Shown one piece after another: positions 1-9,589 of a stretch of DNA of 32,000 nucleotides. The notes below the pieces were generated by a model that worked only from the letters and a program-made list of their open reading frames with translations, was not told where the DNA came from and made no database searches. Every line of letters begins with the position of its first letter. Position 1 is the stretch's first letter. The DNA is from Pseudomonas aeruginosa. Its GTDB lineage: Bacteria > Pseudomonadota > Gammaproteobacteria > Pseudomonadales > Pseudomonadaceae. Position numbers and translations under genes: made by a program. The stretch spans positions 5,850,001 through 5,882,000 of the forward strand of contig NZ_LN831024.1 of NCBI RefSeq assembly GCF_001457615.1, in the 5' to 3' direction.

Positions 1-609
1 CTGGAGAACCCGCACCAGGGCCAGATCCTGGTCTCCGGCGAAGAGCTGCGCCTGAAGAAGAGCAAGAACGGCGACCTGGTCGCCGCCGACAGCCAGCAGA
101 TCAACCGGCTGCGCAGCGAACTCGGTTTCGTCTTCCAGAATTTCAACCTGTGGCCGCACATGAGCATCCTCGACAACGTGATCGAGGCGCCACGTCGCGT
201 ACTGGGCAAGAGCAAGGCCGAAGCGATCGAGATCGCCGAGGGCCTGCTGGCCAAGGTCGGCATCGCCGACAAGCGCCACAGCTATCCCGCGCAACTTTCC
301 GGCGGCCAGCAGCAGCGCGCGGCCATCGCCCGGACCCTGGCCATGCAACCCAAGGTGATCCTGTTCGACGAGCCCACCTCGGCGCTCGACCCGGAAATGG
401 TACAGGAAGTGCTTAACGTGATCCGTGCGCTCGCCGAAGAGGGCCGGACCATGCTGCTGGTCACTCACGAAATGAGCTTCGCCCGCCAGGTTTCCAGCGA
501 GGTGGTATTCCTCCACCAGGGCCTGGTAGAAGAGCAGGGAACGCCGCAACAGGTTTTCGAAAACCCCCAGTCGGCGCGCTGCAAACAGTTCATGTCCAGC
601 CACCGCTAA
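1..609 (+). CDS. ABC transporter ATP-binding protein, polar amino acid (His/Arg/Lys-type), 5' truncated by window
   Basis: Open in frame from base 1 to TAA at 607-609. Contains the signature [16 protein letters not shown], Walker [15 protein letters not shown] and an H-loop ([10 protein letters not shown]). Followed by the binding protein and two permeases. Confidence 0.95.
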   Translation: MENPHQGQILVSGEELRLKKSKNGDLVAADSQQINRLRSELGFVFQNFNLWPHMSILDNVIEAPRRVLGKSKAEAIEIAEGLLAKVGIADKRHSYPAQLSGGQQQRAAIARTLAMQPKVILFDEPTSALDPEMVQEVLNVIRALAEEGRTMLLVTHEMSFARQVSSEVVFLHQGLVEEQGTPQQVFENPQSARCKQFMSSHR

Positions 610-623
610 CGGAGCAACACCGC

Positions 624-1376
624 ATGAAGAACTATAAGAAGATCCTGCTGGCCGCCGCTGCAACCCTGGCCTTCGCCCTCGACGCCAGCGCCGCCGACAA
701 GCTGCGCATCGGCACCGAAGGCGCCTACCCGCCCTTCAACGGCATCGATGCCAGCGGCCAGGCGGTCGGCTTCGACCTCGACATCGGCAAGGCGCTGTGC
801 GCCAAGATGAAGACCGAGTGCGAGGTGGTGACCTCCGACTGGGACGGCATCATCCCGGCGTTGAACGCCAAGAAGTTCGACTTCATCGTCGCGTCCATGT
901 CGATCACCGACGAGCGCAAGCAGGCAGTCGACTTCACCGATCCCTACTACACCAACAAGCTGCAGTTCGTCGCGCCGAAGAGCGTCGACTTCAAGACCGA
1001 CAAGGACTCCCTGAAGGGCAAGGTGATCGGCGCCCAGCGCGCCACCATCGCCGGCACCTGGCTGGAAGACAACATGGCCGACGTGGTCACCATCAAGCTC
1101 TACGACACCCAGGAGAACGCCTACCTCGACCTCTCCTCGGGGCGCCTGGACGGCGTGCTGGCCGACAAGTTCGTGCAGTACGACTGGCTGAAGAGCGACG
1201 CCGGCAAGGAGTTCGAGTTCAAGGGCGAACCGGTGTTCGACAACGACAAGATCGGTATCGCCGTGCGCAAGGGCGACCCGCTGCGCGAGAAGCTCAACGC
1301 CGCGCTGAAGGAAATCGTCGCCGACGGTACCTACAAGAAGATCAACGACAAGTACTTCCCCTTCAGCATCTATTGA
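624..1376 (+). CDS. Periplasmic amino-acid-binding protein of ABC transporter (family 3 solute-binding)
   Basis: 250 aa with signal peptide MKNYKKILLAAAATLAFALDASA, then KLRIGTEGAYPPFNGIDASGQAVGFDLDIGKAL, typical of the lysine/arginine/ornithine/histidine-binding family. Confidence 0.95.
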   Translation: MKNYKKILLAAAATLAFALDASAADKLRIGTEGAYPPFNGIDASGQAVGFDLDIGKALCAKMKTECEVVTSDWDGIIPALNAKKFDFIVASMSITDERKQAVDFTDPYYTNKLQFVAPKSVDFKTDKDSLKGKVIGAQRATIAGTWLEDNMADVVTIKLYDTQENAYLDLSSGRLDGVLADKFVQYDWLKSDAGKEFEFKGEPVFDNDKIGIAVRKGDPLREKLNAALKEIVADGTYKKINDKYFPFSIY

Positions 1377-1437
1377 TGCCAAGCCAGGCCACCGCCGGGC
1401 GCGTCCCGGCGGTGGCCGCCTTCAGGCCTGACTTCTC

Positions 1438-2133
1438 ATGATTCTCGACCTGCATGGGTTCGGCGAGCAACTGCTCGCCGGTACCTGGATGACCCTCAAG
1501 CTGTCGCTGGCGGCGGTCTGCGTGGGGCTGTTGCTCGGCCTCCTCGGCGCCATCGCGAAGACTTCGAAGTACGCGGCCCTGCGTTTCCTCGGCGGCACCT
1601 ACACCACCATCGTCCGTGGCGTGCCGGAAACGCTCTGGGTACTGATGATCTATTTCGGCACGGTGAGCGGCCTGAACGCCCTCGGCGACCTTTTCGGCAA
1701 GCCGGACCTGGCGCTCTCGCCGTTCGCCGCCGGCACCCTGGCCCTCGGCCTGTGCTTCGGCGCCTACGCCACCGAGGTGTTCCGCGGCGCGCTGTTGTCC
1801 ATTCCGCGCGGCCATCGCGAGGCCGGCCAGGCGCTCGGCCTGTCGCCCGGACGGATATTCTGGCGCATCGTCCTGCCGCAGATCTGGCGGGTCGCCCTGC
1901 CCGGCCTCGGCAACCTGTACCTGATCCTGCTGAAGGACACCGCGCTGGTGTCGCTGATCACCCTCGACGAGATCATGCGCAAGGCGCAGGTCGCCTCCAA
2001 CGCGACCAAGGAACCCTTCACCTTCTACATGACCGCGGCCGCCATCTACCTGAGCCTCACGGTCGTCATCATGGTCGCCCTGCACTTCCTCGAACGTCGC
2101 GCCGGCCGTGGTTTCGTGAGGAACGAGCTATGA
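1438..2133 (+). CDS. ABC transporter permease (HisQ-like)
   Basis: 231 aa hydrophobic protein with EAA-type motif (YATEVFRGALLSIPRGHREAGQALGLSPG). Confidence 0.93.
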   Translation: MILDLHGFGEQLLAGTWMTLKLSLAAVCVGLLLGLLGAIAKTSKYAALRFLGGTYTTIVRGVPETLWVLMIYFGTVSGLNALGDLFGKPDLALSPFAAGTLALGLCFGAYATEVFRGALLSIPRGHREAGQALGLSPGRIFWRIVLPQIWRVALPGLGNLYLILLKDTALVSLITLDEIMRKAQVASNATKEPFTFYMTAAAIYLSLTVVIMVALHFLERRAGRGFVRNEL

Positions 2134-2822
2134 GCGAGTGGGAGCTGATCCTCAAGTGGATGCCGAAGATGCTCCAGGGCGCGGCGCTGACCCTGGAGCT
2201 GCTGGCGATCGCGGTGGTCGCCGGGCTCGCCCTGGCCCTGCCGCTGGGCATCGCCCGCGCCTCGCGGCACTGGTACGTGCGCGCGGTGCCGTACGCCTAC
2301 ATCTTCTTCTTCCGCGGCACGCCGCTGCTGCTGCAACTGTTCATCGTCTACTACGGCCTGGCGCAGTTCGAGGAAGTGCGCAAGAGCGCCTTCTGGCCCT
2401 ACCTGCGCGATCCGTACTGGTGCGCGCTGCTGACCATGACCCTGCACACCGCCGCCTATATCGCCGAGATCCTCCGCGGCGCGATCCACTCGGTGCCGGT
2501 CGGCGAGGTGGAGGCCGCCCGCGCCCTCGGCATGTCGCGGCGCCAGGCGCTCTGGCACATCATCCTGCCGCGCGCGGTGCGCATCGGCCTGCCGGCCTAC
2601 AGCAACGAAGTGATCCTGATGCTCAAGGCCAGCGCGGTGGTCTACACCGTGACCCTGTTCGACATCATGGGCATGGCCCGGACCATCATCGCCCGCACCT
2701 ACGAATCGATGCTGTTCTTCTGCCTGGCCGGCGCGCTGTACCTGGTGATCACCATCGTGCTGACGCGGATCTTCCGCCTGATCGAACGCTGGTTGCGGGT
2801 CGACGCCACCCAGGGCCGCTGA
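2130..2822 (+). CDS. ABC transporter permease (HisM-like)
   Basis: ATGA overlap with the preceding gene. MSEWELILKWMPKMLQG... with YIAEILRGAIHSVPVGEVEAARALGMSRRQ. Confidence 0.92.
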   Translation: MSEWELILKWMPKMLQGAALTLELLAIAVVAGLALALPLGIARASRHWYVRAVPYAYIFFFRGTPLLLQLFIVYYGLAQFEEVRKSAFWPYLRDPYWCALLTMTLHTAAYIAEILRGAIHSVPVGEVEAARALGMSRRQALWHIILPRAVRIGLPAYSNEVILMLKASAVVYTVTLFDIMGMARTIIARTYESMLFFCLAGALYLVITIVLTRIFRLIERWLRVDATQGR

Positions 2823-2890
2823 GCGGGCGCTTTCCGATGCCTGCGGGGCGGCTATAATCGCCGCCCCGTTTTCCCGCTGCCGCTCGCATC

Positions 2891-4111
2891 GTGTCCGAAA
2901 CCTTCCCGTTCCTCACTGGCGACGCCCTGTCGCAGCGCTTCCTCGCGCTGGACGCGTTCCTCCTCGAACACCAGCGGCTCTGGCGACCCCGCCCGTTCAG
3001 CGAACCGACCCTGGCGTGGGAAGCCGAACACACCGAGCTGGCGTCCTGGCTGCGCGGGCGCAGCCTCGAACAGGCCGACGCGGAGCACAACCAGCCCACC
3101 CGCCTGGCCGCGCCCGCGCCTTATCCGCAGCTCGCCGCCCAAGCCGCGGCGCTGGGCGCGGTCGGCGAACTGCCATTGGCGGAACGCCCGCAGGCACCGA
3201 ACCGCTTCAACGTCGACGTACCGGGACGCAAGTGGCAGCAGATCGGCCTGTTCGCCGGGCGCCTGCAGTTCGCCCGGCCGGTCGTCCACTGGCTCGACTG
3301 GTGCTCCGGCAAGGGCCATCTGGGCCGCCTGCTGGCCCATGCGGGGCAACCGCTGACCTGCCTCGAACACGATCCCGCGCTGGTCGCCGACGGACAGCGC
3401 CTGAGCGACCGCCTGGGGCTCTCCGCCCACCACCTCCGCCAGGATGTGCTGGCCGCGGACTGCGCCGAGCGCCTGCTTCCCGGGCATACGCCAGTGGCCC
3501 TGCACGCTTGCGGCGAACTGCACCTGCGCCTGCTGCGCCTGGCCAGCCAGGCCGGCTGTCGCCAACTGGCGGTGGCGCCATGCTGCTACAACCGCATTCC
3601 GGGGCCTTTCTACCAGCCACTCTCGCAAACAGCAGGCCGATCGCTGCTCGCGCTATCGCTTGACGACCTGCGCCTGCCCCTGAGCGAGACAGTCACCGCC
3701 AGCCAACGGGTCCGTCGCCAGCGCGACCAGTCGATGGCCCGGCGCCTGGGTTTCGACCTGCTGCAGCGCGAGCTACGCGGAATCGACCAGTACCTCAGCG
3801 TGCCTTCCCTTCCGGTGGCCTGGCTGGAACGTCCATACGCCGACTACTGTCGCGAACTCGCCGCCCTCAAGGGACTTCCCGAACCGGCCGCGCGCGACTG
3901 GCAGGCGCTGGAAGCGGCCGGCTGGAAGCGCCTGGCGATGGTTCGCAACCTGGAACTGGTGCGCGCCCTGTTCCGCCGCCCGCTGGAACTCTGGCTGCTG
4001 CTGGACCGCTGCCTGTATCTGGTCGAACAGGGCTATAGCGTCCGCCTGGGCGAGTTCTGTCCGACCTCCCTGTCTCCGCGAAACCTGCTGATCCTTGCGG
4101 AGCGCAGCTGA
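2891..4111 (+). CDS. SAM-dependent methyltransferase-like protein (Methyltransf_32 type)
   Basis: 406 aa. Motif I-like DWCSGKGHLGRLLA, acidic LEHDP, and ALHACGELHLRLLR...VAPCCYNRI. Confidence 0.7.
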   Translation: MSETFPFLTGDALSQRFLALDAFLLEHQRLWRPRPFSEPTLAWEAEHTELASWLRGRSLEQADAEHNQPTRLAAPAPYPQLAAQAAALGAVGELPLAERPQAPNRFNVDVPGRKWQQIGLFAGRLQFARPVVHWLDWCSGKGHLGRLLAHAGQPLTCLEHDPALVADGQRLSDRLGLSAHHLRQDVLAADCAERLLPGHTPVALHACGELHLRLLRLASQAGCRQLAVAPCCYNRIPGPFYQPLSQTAGRSLLALSLDDLRLPLSETVTASQRVRRQRDQSMARRLGFDLLQRELRGIDQYLSVPSLPVAWLERPYADYCRELAALKGLPEPAARDWQALEAAGWKRLAMVRNLELVRALFRRPLELWLLLDRCLYLVEQGYSVRLGEFCPTSLSPRNLLILAERS

Positions 4112-4445
4112 TACGGGTGTTCCGGATGGTTGCCCACACAACCTGTGGATAAGTCTGGTGACAAGTTCTGGGAAACATCTGCCGAGGGGCCCGTATCCAG
4201 GGGCGGTCAATGCTGTTCAAAAAATGAACAGAAAAAATAAAATCCATATAAAACAATATCTTGATAACAACCGAGATAACCGCAGCGATTCTTAGAGCGT
4301 TTCCTTCCTATCCCTTGCCCACTTGTGCATAAGCCTGGCTTTCCGGTTAATCCGAAAGTGGACTTCAGCACCGACAATAGTTGCAAAACGGCATCGTATG
4401 ACGTTCGAAGGAACGGATTGTTCTTTTATTGCAACGGTTGAGCTC

Positions 4446-4473
4446 TTGTTAATCGCTGCCTAGGCAGTATTAT
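4446..4473 (+). promoter_or_regulatory. Putative sigma70 promoter of the marR/efflux operon
   Basis: TTGTTA (4446-4451), 16-nt spacer, TATTAT (4468-4473), ~40 bp upstream of the MarR ATG. Confidence 0.5.
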
Positions 4474-4500
4474 TTTGAAACACTTTCCCTGCCTAGACAG
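4456..4500. promoter_or_regulatory. Two palindromic operator-like sites CTGCCTAGGCAG / CTGCCTAGACAG
   Basis: Sites at 4456-4467 (perfect 12-bp palindrome in the promoter spacer) and 4489-4500 (one mismatch), centres 33 bp apart. Confidence 0.55.
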
Positions 4501-4514
4501 CGATCCCCTCCACC

Positions 4515-4985
4515 ATGGGTCACTACAGCGCCTCCGACTTTCCCTTCAAGGGCTCCATTGGCCAGCTCATCGGCGTCAGTGCCGCGACCAAGGACCGCAT
4601 CCTCGAGAAGCACCTCGCCGCGCTGGACATAACCGCCGCCCAGTTCAAGGTGCTGATCTTCGTCGGTCTCAACCGTGCCAACAGTCCGGTCGAACTGTGT
4701 CGCGAGCTGTCGGTGGACAGCGGCTCGATGACTCGCATGCTGACGCGCCTGGAGAAAAAAGGGCTGCTGCTGCGCGGCCGCTGTCCCGAAGACCGCCGTT
4801 GCCTGCGCCTGGATCTCAGCGAAGCGGGACGGAAGGTCCAGGAGCAGCTTCCGCTGATCGCCTCGGCGGCGATGAACGAGCTGGTCGCCTGCCTGAGCAC
4901 GGAAGAATTGCAGACGCTGACCCATCTGCTGACCAAGGTTCTGCTACACGCCGGCTGCCCGCGGGCCAGCCTGCAGGAGTCCTGA
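4515..4985 (+). CDS. MarR family transcriptional regulator (EmrR/MprA-like)
   Basis: 156 aa. ELCRELSVDSGSMTRMLTRLEKKGLLLRGRCPEDRRCLRLDLSEAG is the winged-helix recognition helix plus wing of MarR proteins. Confidence 0.93.
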   Translation: MGHYSASDFPFKGSIGQLIGVSAATKDRILEKHLAALDITAAQFKVLIFVGLNRANSPVELCRELSVDSGSMTRMLTRLEKKGLLLRGRCPEDRRCLRLDLSEAGRKVQEQLPLIASAAMNELVACLSTEELQTLTHLLTKVLLHAGCPRASLQES

Positions 4986-4988
4986 TCC

Positions 4989-6467
4989 ATGCCCTTCCCT
5001 CCTCTCCATCCCTGGCCGCAGCGATTGGCGCTGGCCTCGGCGATACTGCTGGCCGCCGGCTGCGTCACTTCCGAAGGCCTGGAACCGAACGCCCGCCCGC
5101 AACCGGCAGGCGCCCTCCAGGCGGGGAGGAGCCTGGAAGGCGTAGCCCTTTCGCCAGCGGCCTGGCCGCGCCAGGACTGGTGGACCGGGCTCGGCGACCG
5201 GCAGCTCGACCAACTGATCGGCGAAGCCCTGCAAGGCACCCCCGACCTGCAGATCGCCGAGGCGCGTGCGCGCCAGGCGGCGGCAACGGCCCAGGCGCAA
5301 GATGCCGCGCGCCAGCCGACGCTGGACGCCAAGGCCAGCTACTCCGGCATCCGCGCGCCGACCAGCGTGGCCCCGGCACCGCTCGGCGGCCGCTATTCGG
5401 CGATCAAGTACCTGTCGCTCGGCTTCAACTACGACTTCGACCTCTGGGGCGGCGAGCGCGCCGCCTGGGAAGCCGCCCTCGGCCAGGCCAATGCCGCCCG
5501 GATCGACAGCCAGGCCGCGCGCATCGGCCTCTCGGCGAGCATCGCCCGCGCCTACAGCGACCTCGCCCACGCCTTTACCGTGCGCGATCTCGCCGAGGAA
5601 GAACTGAAGCGCTCGCAGCGCATGACCGAGCTGAGCCAGAAGCGCATGAGCGCCGGACTCGACAGCAAGGTCCAGCTGCAACAGACGCAGACCCAACTGG
5701 CCACCGCCCGCCAGCAGCTCAGCGCCGCCGAGCAGGACATCGCCAGCGCCCGCATCGCCCTCGCCGTGCTGCTGGGCAAGGGGCCCGATCGCGGTCTCGA
5801 ACTGCAGCGCCCGCAACCGCTGGACCCGGCCAGCCTGAGCCTGCCCTCGGTGCTCCCGGCGGAACTGCTCGGCCGCCGCGCCGACATCGTTGCCGCGCGC
5901 TGGCGGGTCGAGGCGGCGCGCCGCAACATCGACTCGGCGAAGACCGAGTTCTATCCCAACCTCAATCTCGGCGCGATGGCCGGCCTCGCCGCCCTGCACA
6001 CCAGCGACGTGTTGCAGGCGCCGAGCCGCTTCTTCCAGGTGGCGCCGGCGATCTCCCTGCCGATCTTCGACGGTGGCCGCCGCCGCGCCAACCTGGCCGA
6101 ACGCGACGCCGACTACGACCTGGCCGTCGGCCAGTACAACAAGACGCTGGTCCAGGCCCTCGGCGAGGTCAGCGACGACCTCGGCAAGTTGCGCTCCCTG
6201 GAGCAGCAGGTGATCGACCAGCGCCAGGCCCGCGATATCGCCAGGTCCAACTTCGACCTGGCCATGCGTCGCTACGGCGAAGGCGTGGGCAGCTACCTCG
6301 ACGCCCTCAGCGTGCAACAGCAACTGCTGGTCGCCGAACGCCAGCTGGCCAGCCTGGAGAGCCAGCAGATCGATCTTTCCGTCCAGCTGGTCCAGGCCCT
6401 GGGCGGCGGTTTCCAACCCGATTCCCGCTCCGCTGCGCTCGCTACCGCGAAAGCGCCGGCAGAATGA
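4989..6467 (+). CDS. Outer membrane efflux lipoprotein, NodT/RND-type OMF
   Basis: 492 aa. Lipobox LLAAGCVTS. GLGDRQLDQLIGEALQGTPDLQIAEARARQA and a duplicated OEP domain. Confidence 0.92.
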   Translation: MPFPPLHPWPQRLALASAILLAAGCVTSEGLEPNARPQPAGALQAGRSLEGVALSPAAWPRQDWWTGLGDRQLDQLIGEALQGTPDLQIAEARARQAAATAQAQDAARQPTLDAKASYSGIRAPTSVAPAPLGGRYSAIKYLSLGFNYDFDLWGGERAAWEAALGQANAARIDSQAARIGLSASIARAYSDLAHAFTVRDLAEEELKRSQRMTELSQKRMSAGLDSKVQLQQTQTQLATARQQLSAAEQDIASARIALAVLLGKGPDRGLELQRPQPLDPASLSLPSVLPAELLGRRADIVAARWRVEAARRNIDSAKTEFYPNLNLGAMAGLAALHTSDVLQAPSRFFQVAPAISLPIFDGGRRRANLAERDADYDLAVGQYNKTLVQALGEVSDDLGKLRSLEQQVIDQRQARDIARSNFDLAMRRYGEGVGSYLDALSVQQQLLVAERQLASLESQQIDLSVQLVQALGGGFQPDSRSAALATAKAPAE

Positions 6468-6481
6468 ACGAGGCACCCACC

Positions 6482-7666
6482 ATGACTACCGCCAACAGCG
6501 AAACCCCCGCCGGCAACCCGAAGCGCAAGCGCTGGTTGCTGATCCTGCTCGCCGTGATCGTCCTCGCCACCCTGGCCAGCGTGGCCTGGGAGTTCTTCTA
6601 CGGCCGCTGGCACGAGGACACCGACGACGCCTACATCAACGGCAACGTGGTACAGATCACCCCGCAGATCGTCGGCACCGTGGTCAGCATCGGCGCCGAC
6701 GACGGCGACCTGGTGCGCAAGGGCCAGGAACTGGTCAGGTTCGATCCCAGCGACGCCGACATCGCCCTCCAACGCGCCGAGGCCAACCTGGCCCACACCG
6801 TGCGCCAGGTGCGCGGGCTGTTCAGCAACGTCGACGGCTATCGCGCCGAGGTCGCCACCCGCAAGGTCGCGCTGGCCAAGGCCGAGGCCGACTACAAGCG
6901 GCGCAAGAACCTCGCCGACGACGGCGCCATTTCCCAGGAGGAACTGGCCCACGCCCGCGACGCCCTGGACAGCGCGAAAGCCTCGCTGACCAGCTCGGAA
7001 CAGCAGTTGAACACCAATCGCGCGCTGGTCGACGACACCCAGATCACCTCCCATCCGGACGTCAAGGCCGCCGCCGCGCAACTGCGCCAGGCCTACCTGG
7101 ACGACGCCCGCTCGACCATCGTCGCGCCGGTCACCGGCTACGTCGCCAAGCGCAGCGTACAGGTCGGCCAGCGCGTGCAACCGGGCAATGCGCTGATGGC
7201 CGTGGTCCCGCTGGACCAGATCTGGATCGACGCCAACTTCAAGGAAACCCAGCTCAAGCACATGCGTATCGGCCAGCCGGTGGAGATCCGCTCCGACCTC
7301 TACGGCAGCGACGTGCGCTACAGCGGCACCGTCGACAGCCTCGGCGTGGGCACCGGCAGCGCGTTCTCCCTGCTGCCGGCGCAGAACGCCACCGGCAACT
7401 GGATCAAGATCGTCCAGCGGGTGCCGGTGCGCATCCATATCGATCCGCAAGAATTGCAGAAGCATCCGCTGCGCATCGGCCTGTCGATGGACGTCAAGGT
7501 CGACCTGCACGACCAGAGCGGCCCGGCCCTGGCCCAGCAGCCACCGCGCGAAGCGCTGTTCTCCACCGATGTCTACCAGCAGCAACTGGCCTCGGCCGAC
7601 AAGCTGATCGAACGCCTGATCGAAGCCAACCTCGCCGAAGACCACGGCAAGACCGCCCAGCGTTGA
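6482..7666 (+). CDS. emrA: Membrane fusion protein, EmrA-like
   Basis: N-terminal TM, YINGNVVQITPQIVGTVVSIGADDGDLVRKGQELVRFDPSD and a C-terminal beta domain. An alternative ATG lies at 6464. Confidence 0.92.
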   Translation: MTTANSETPAGNPKRKRWLLILLAVIVLATLASVAWEFFYGRWHEDTDDAYINGNVVQITPQIVGTVVSIGADDGDLVRKGQELVRFDPSDADIALQRAEANLAHTVRQVRGLFSNVDGYRAEVATRKVALAKAEADYKRRKNLADDGAISQEELAHARDALDSAKASLTSSEQQLNTNRALVDDTQITSHPDVKAAAAQLRQAYLDDARSTIVAPVTGYVAKRSVQVGQRVQPGNALMAVVPLDQIWIDANFKETQLKHMRIGQPVEIRSDLYGSDVRYSGTVDSLGVGTGSAFSLLPAQNATGNWIKIVQRVPVRIHIDPQELQKHPLRIGLSMDVKVDLHDQSGPALAQQPPREALFSTDVYQQQLASADKLIERLIEANLAEDHGKTAQR

Positions 7667-7676
7667 GCCCGCCAGC

Positions 7677-9206
7677 ATGAGCGAAAGCAGCAGCTTCTCC
7701 CCGCCCAGCCTGGTGATGGCGACCATCGGCCTGTCCCTGGCGACTTTCATGCAGGTGCTCGACACCACCATCGCCAACGTCGCCCTGCCGACCATCTCCG
7801 GTAACCTCGGGGTGAGTTCGGAACAGGGCACCTGGGTGATCACCTCGTTCGCCGTGAGCAACGCCATCGCCCTGCCGCTGACCGGCTGGCTGGCCCGGCG
7901 GGTCGGCGAGGTGCGCCTGTTCATCGCCGCCGCGCTGCTGTTCGTACTCGCCTCGTTCCTCTGCGGCATCGCCCAGTCGATGCCTTCTCTGGTCGGCTTC
8001 CGCGCCTTGCAGGGCTTCGTCGCCGGGCCGCTGTATCCGATCACCCAGACCCTGCTGATCTCCATCTACCCACCGGCGAAGCGCGGCATGGCCCTGGCCC
8101 TGCTCGCGATGGTCACGGTGGTGGCGCCGATCGCCGGGCCGATCCTCGGCGGCTGGATCACCGACGACTACAGCTGGCCGTGGATCTTCTTCATCAACGT
8201 GCCGGTCGGCCTGTTCGCCGCCTTCGTCGTCTACCAGCAACTGAAGGCACGCCCGGTGGTGATCAAGAAGGCGCCGATGGACTACGTCGGCCTGATCGCC
8301 CTGGTGATCGGCGTCGGCGCCCTGCAGATCGTCCTCGACAAGGGCAACGACCTGGACTGGTTCGAGTCGAACTTCATCGTCGGCGGCGCGCTGATCGCGG
8401 CGATCGCCCTGGCCTTCTTCATCATCTGGGAATTCACCGACCGCCATCCGATCGTCAACCTGCGCCTGTTCGCCCACCGCAACTTCGCCGCCGGCACCCT
8501 GGCGCTGGTGCTGGGCTATGCCGCGTTCTTCGGCATCAACCTGCTGCTCCCGCAATGGCTACAGACCCAGATGGGCTACACCGCCACCTGGGCCGGGCTG
8601 GCCGCCGCGCCAATCGGCATCCTCCCGGTGTTCCTCTCGCCGCTGGTCGGCCGCTACGCCAACCATTTCGACCTGCGCATGCTCGCCGGCCTGTCGTTCC
8701 TGGCGATGGCCATCACCTGCTTCATGCGCGCCAACTTCACCACCGAGGTCGACTACCAGCACATCGCCATCGTGCAGTTGATCATGGGGCTCGGCGTGGC
8801 GTTCTTCTTCATGCCGATCCTGAGCATCCTGCTCTCCGACCTGCCCCCCGACCAGATCGCCGATGGCTCCGGCCTGGCCACCTTCCTGCGCACCCTCGGC
8901 GGCAGCTTCGCCGCCTCGCTGACCACCTGGATCTGGAACCGCCGCGCCACGCAACACCACGCCTACCTCAGCGAAAACATCAGCCTCTACGACCCGGCCA
9001 CCCACGAAACCCTCGCCCAGCTCGGCGGCAACACCCAGGCGAACGCGGCGCTGCTCGACCGGATGGTGCAGAGCCAGGCCTACATGATGTCCACCATCGA
9101 CTACTTCACCATGCTCGGCTGGCTGTTCCTCGCCCTGCTGGTGATCATCTGGCTGGCCCGCCCGCCGTTCGGCGCCAAGCCCGGCGCGGCCGCCTCCGGG
9201 CACTGA
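7677..9206 (+). CDS. emrB: MFS multidrug exporter, DHA2 family, EmrB-like
   Basis: 509 aa, 14-TM type. Motif C-like GPILGGWITDDYSWPWIFFINVPVG; FMQVLDTTIANVALPTISG. Confidence 0.94.
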   Translation: MSESSSFSPPSLVMATIGLSLATFMQVLDTTIANVALPTISGNLGVSSEQGTWVITSFAVSNAIALPLTGWLARRVGEVRLFIAAALLFVLASFLCGIAQSMPSLVGFRALQGFVAGPLYPITQTLLISIYPPAKRGMALALLAMVTVVAPIAGPILGGWITDDYSWPWIFFINVPVGLFAAFVVYQQLKARPVVIKKAPMDYVGLIALVIGVGALQIVLDKGNDLDWFESNFIVGGALIAAIALAFFIIWEFTDRHPIVNLRLFAHRNFAAGTLALVLGYAAFFGINLLLPQWLQTQMGYTATWAGLAAAPIGILPVFLSPLVGRYANHFDLRMLAGLSFLAMAITCFMRANFTTEVDYQHIAIVQLIMGLGVAFFFMPILSILLSDLPPDQIADGSGLATFLRTLGGSFAASLTTWIWNRRATQHHAYLSENISLYDPATHETLAQLGGNTQANAALLDRMVQSQAYMMSTIDYFTMLGWLFLALLVIIWLARPPFGAKPGAAASGH

Positions 9207-9279
9207 GGACGAACGGCATTCGGGCAGGAAAATCAGTGGTTTACTCCTGGCGGCGGCTGGCTATAATGTCGCCCTCTTC

Positions 9280-9355
<76 letters not shown>

Positions 9356-9364
9356 TGAATCCCG

Positions 9365-9397
9365 AAAAGCCCCGCCTCGCGCGGGGCTTTTTGTTTT
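9365..9397 (+). terminator. Rho-independent terminator after tRNA-Thr
   Basis: AAAAGCCCCGC-ctcgc-GCGGGGCTTTTTGTTTT. Confidence 0.9.
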
Positions 9398-9455
9398 ATC
9401 CTGCTTCCTTTCTACCCAGTGATGGCACTTCGAATAGAATGCCGGGTCAGATGCA

Positions 9456-9480
9456 CCTACCAGATCTGGGGTTGGCAGGA
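9456..9480. promoter_or_regulatory. Putative las/rhl (lux-type) box upstream of rmlBDAC
   Basis: ACCTACCAGATCTGGGGTTGGCAGG contains CCAGATCTGG and resembles quorum-sensing boxes of the ACCTACCAGATCTGGCAGGT type. Confidence 0.4.
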
Positions 9481-9589
9481 TCGCCATTTTTCCCGTACTA
9501 ATCGTCGTCTTCACGATCGATTGGTACACCTTGGCGGGACGTGTCGAAGCAGCCCTACGGACAACCACTGCTTGAACAAGGTATGACTC

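Noticed and set aside
4475-6463. Upstream extension of the EmrA frame (1063-aa ORF)
   Set aside because: Out-of-frame through the MarR and OMF genes; only the part from 6464/6482 has the membrane fusion protein signature.
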